Virus record (IMG/VR): IMGVR_UViG_3300032030_000020
Span: 68,670 to 132,669 of that record
DNA: 64,000 bases
DNA from: a virus
Taxonomy: Duplodnaviria > Caudoviricetes
Reading direction: 5' to 3' (one strand)
Part shown: piece after piece, positions 63,890 to 64,000 of the stretch
Position numbering within the stretch: position 1 is the stretch's first letter
How the letters are laid out: each line of letters opens with the position of its first letter
Position numbers and translations under genes: made by a program
Notes under the pieces: generated by a model
The model's input: the letters and a program-made list of their open reading frames with translations, nothing else
Told to the model about the DNA's origin: nothing
Database searches by the model: none

Positions 63890-64000
63890 CTTCTTCCATG
63901 TAGATCTCGTGAACTCTTCTCAGCAGGTCCGACAACTCATCATCTTCTCTCCGCTGTTCCCTTTGCAGTGACTTTTCACTGACCGGCAATCTAGAGTACT

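Noticed and set aside
63957-63981. Possible fifth late-promoter copy (TTCCCTTTGCAGTGACTTTTCACTG)
   Set aside because: Only the GGGAA and GAAAA parts match; the ACGTA and CATTC boxes are missing.

Overview
This window is part of a large tailed (siphovirus-like) phage genome, probably infecting a Firmicute (AGGAGG ribosome-binding sites, SPbeta-like gene order). Positions 1-50629 (- strand) hold the late morphogenesis module: terminase, portal, protease/scaffold, capsid and neck genes, then a major tail gene split by two group I introns. Frameshifted tail chaperones, a 7242-aa tape measure protein, Dit, Tal, fibres, a BspA-like LRR protein and a GT2 glycosyltransferase follow. Positions ~50940-63530 (+ strand) hold small early/middle genes, a 930-aa YonO/QDE-1-like two-barrel RNA polymerase, RNase H and SSB. 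The main finding is an apparent self-contained transcription system. The giant tape measure carries a second two-barrel RNA polymerase domain (DG..R..K, RSP, DFDGD) and a RecB-like nuclease domain in its N-terminal part, suggesting a polymerase injected through the tail. Three phage-specific repeated upstream motifs (candidate early, middle and late promoters), a small membrane protein that copies the polymerase catalytic loop, and an anti-Shine-Dalgarno sRNA candidate accompany it. All calls come from reading motifs by eye; no searches were run.
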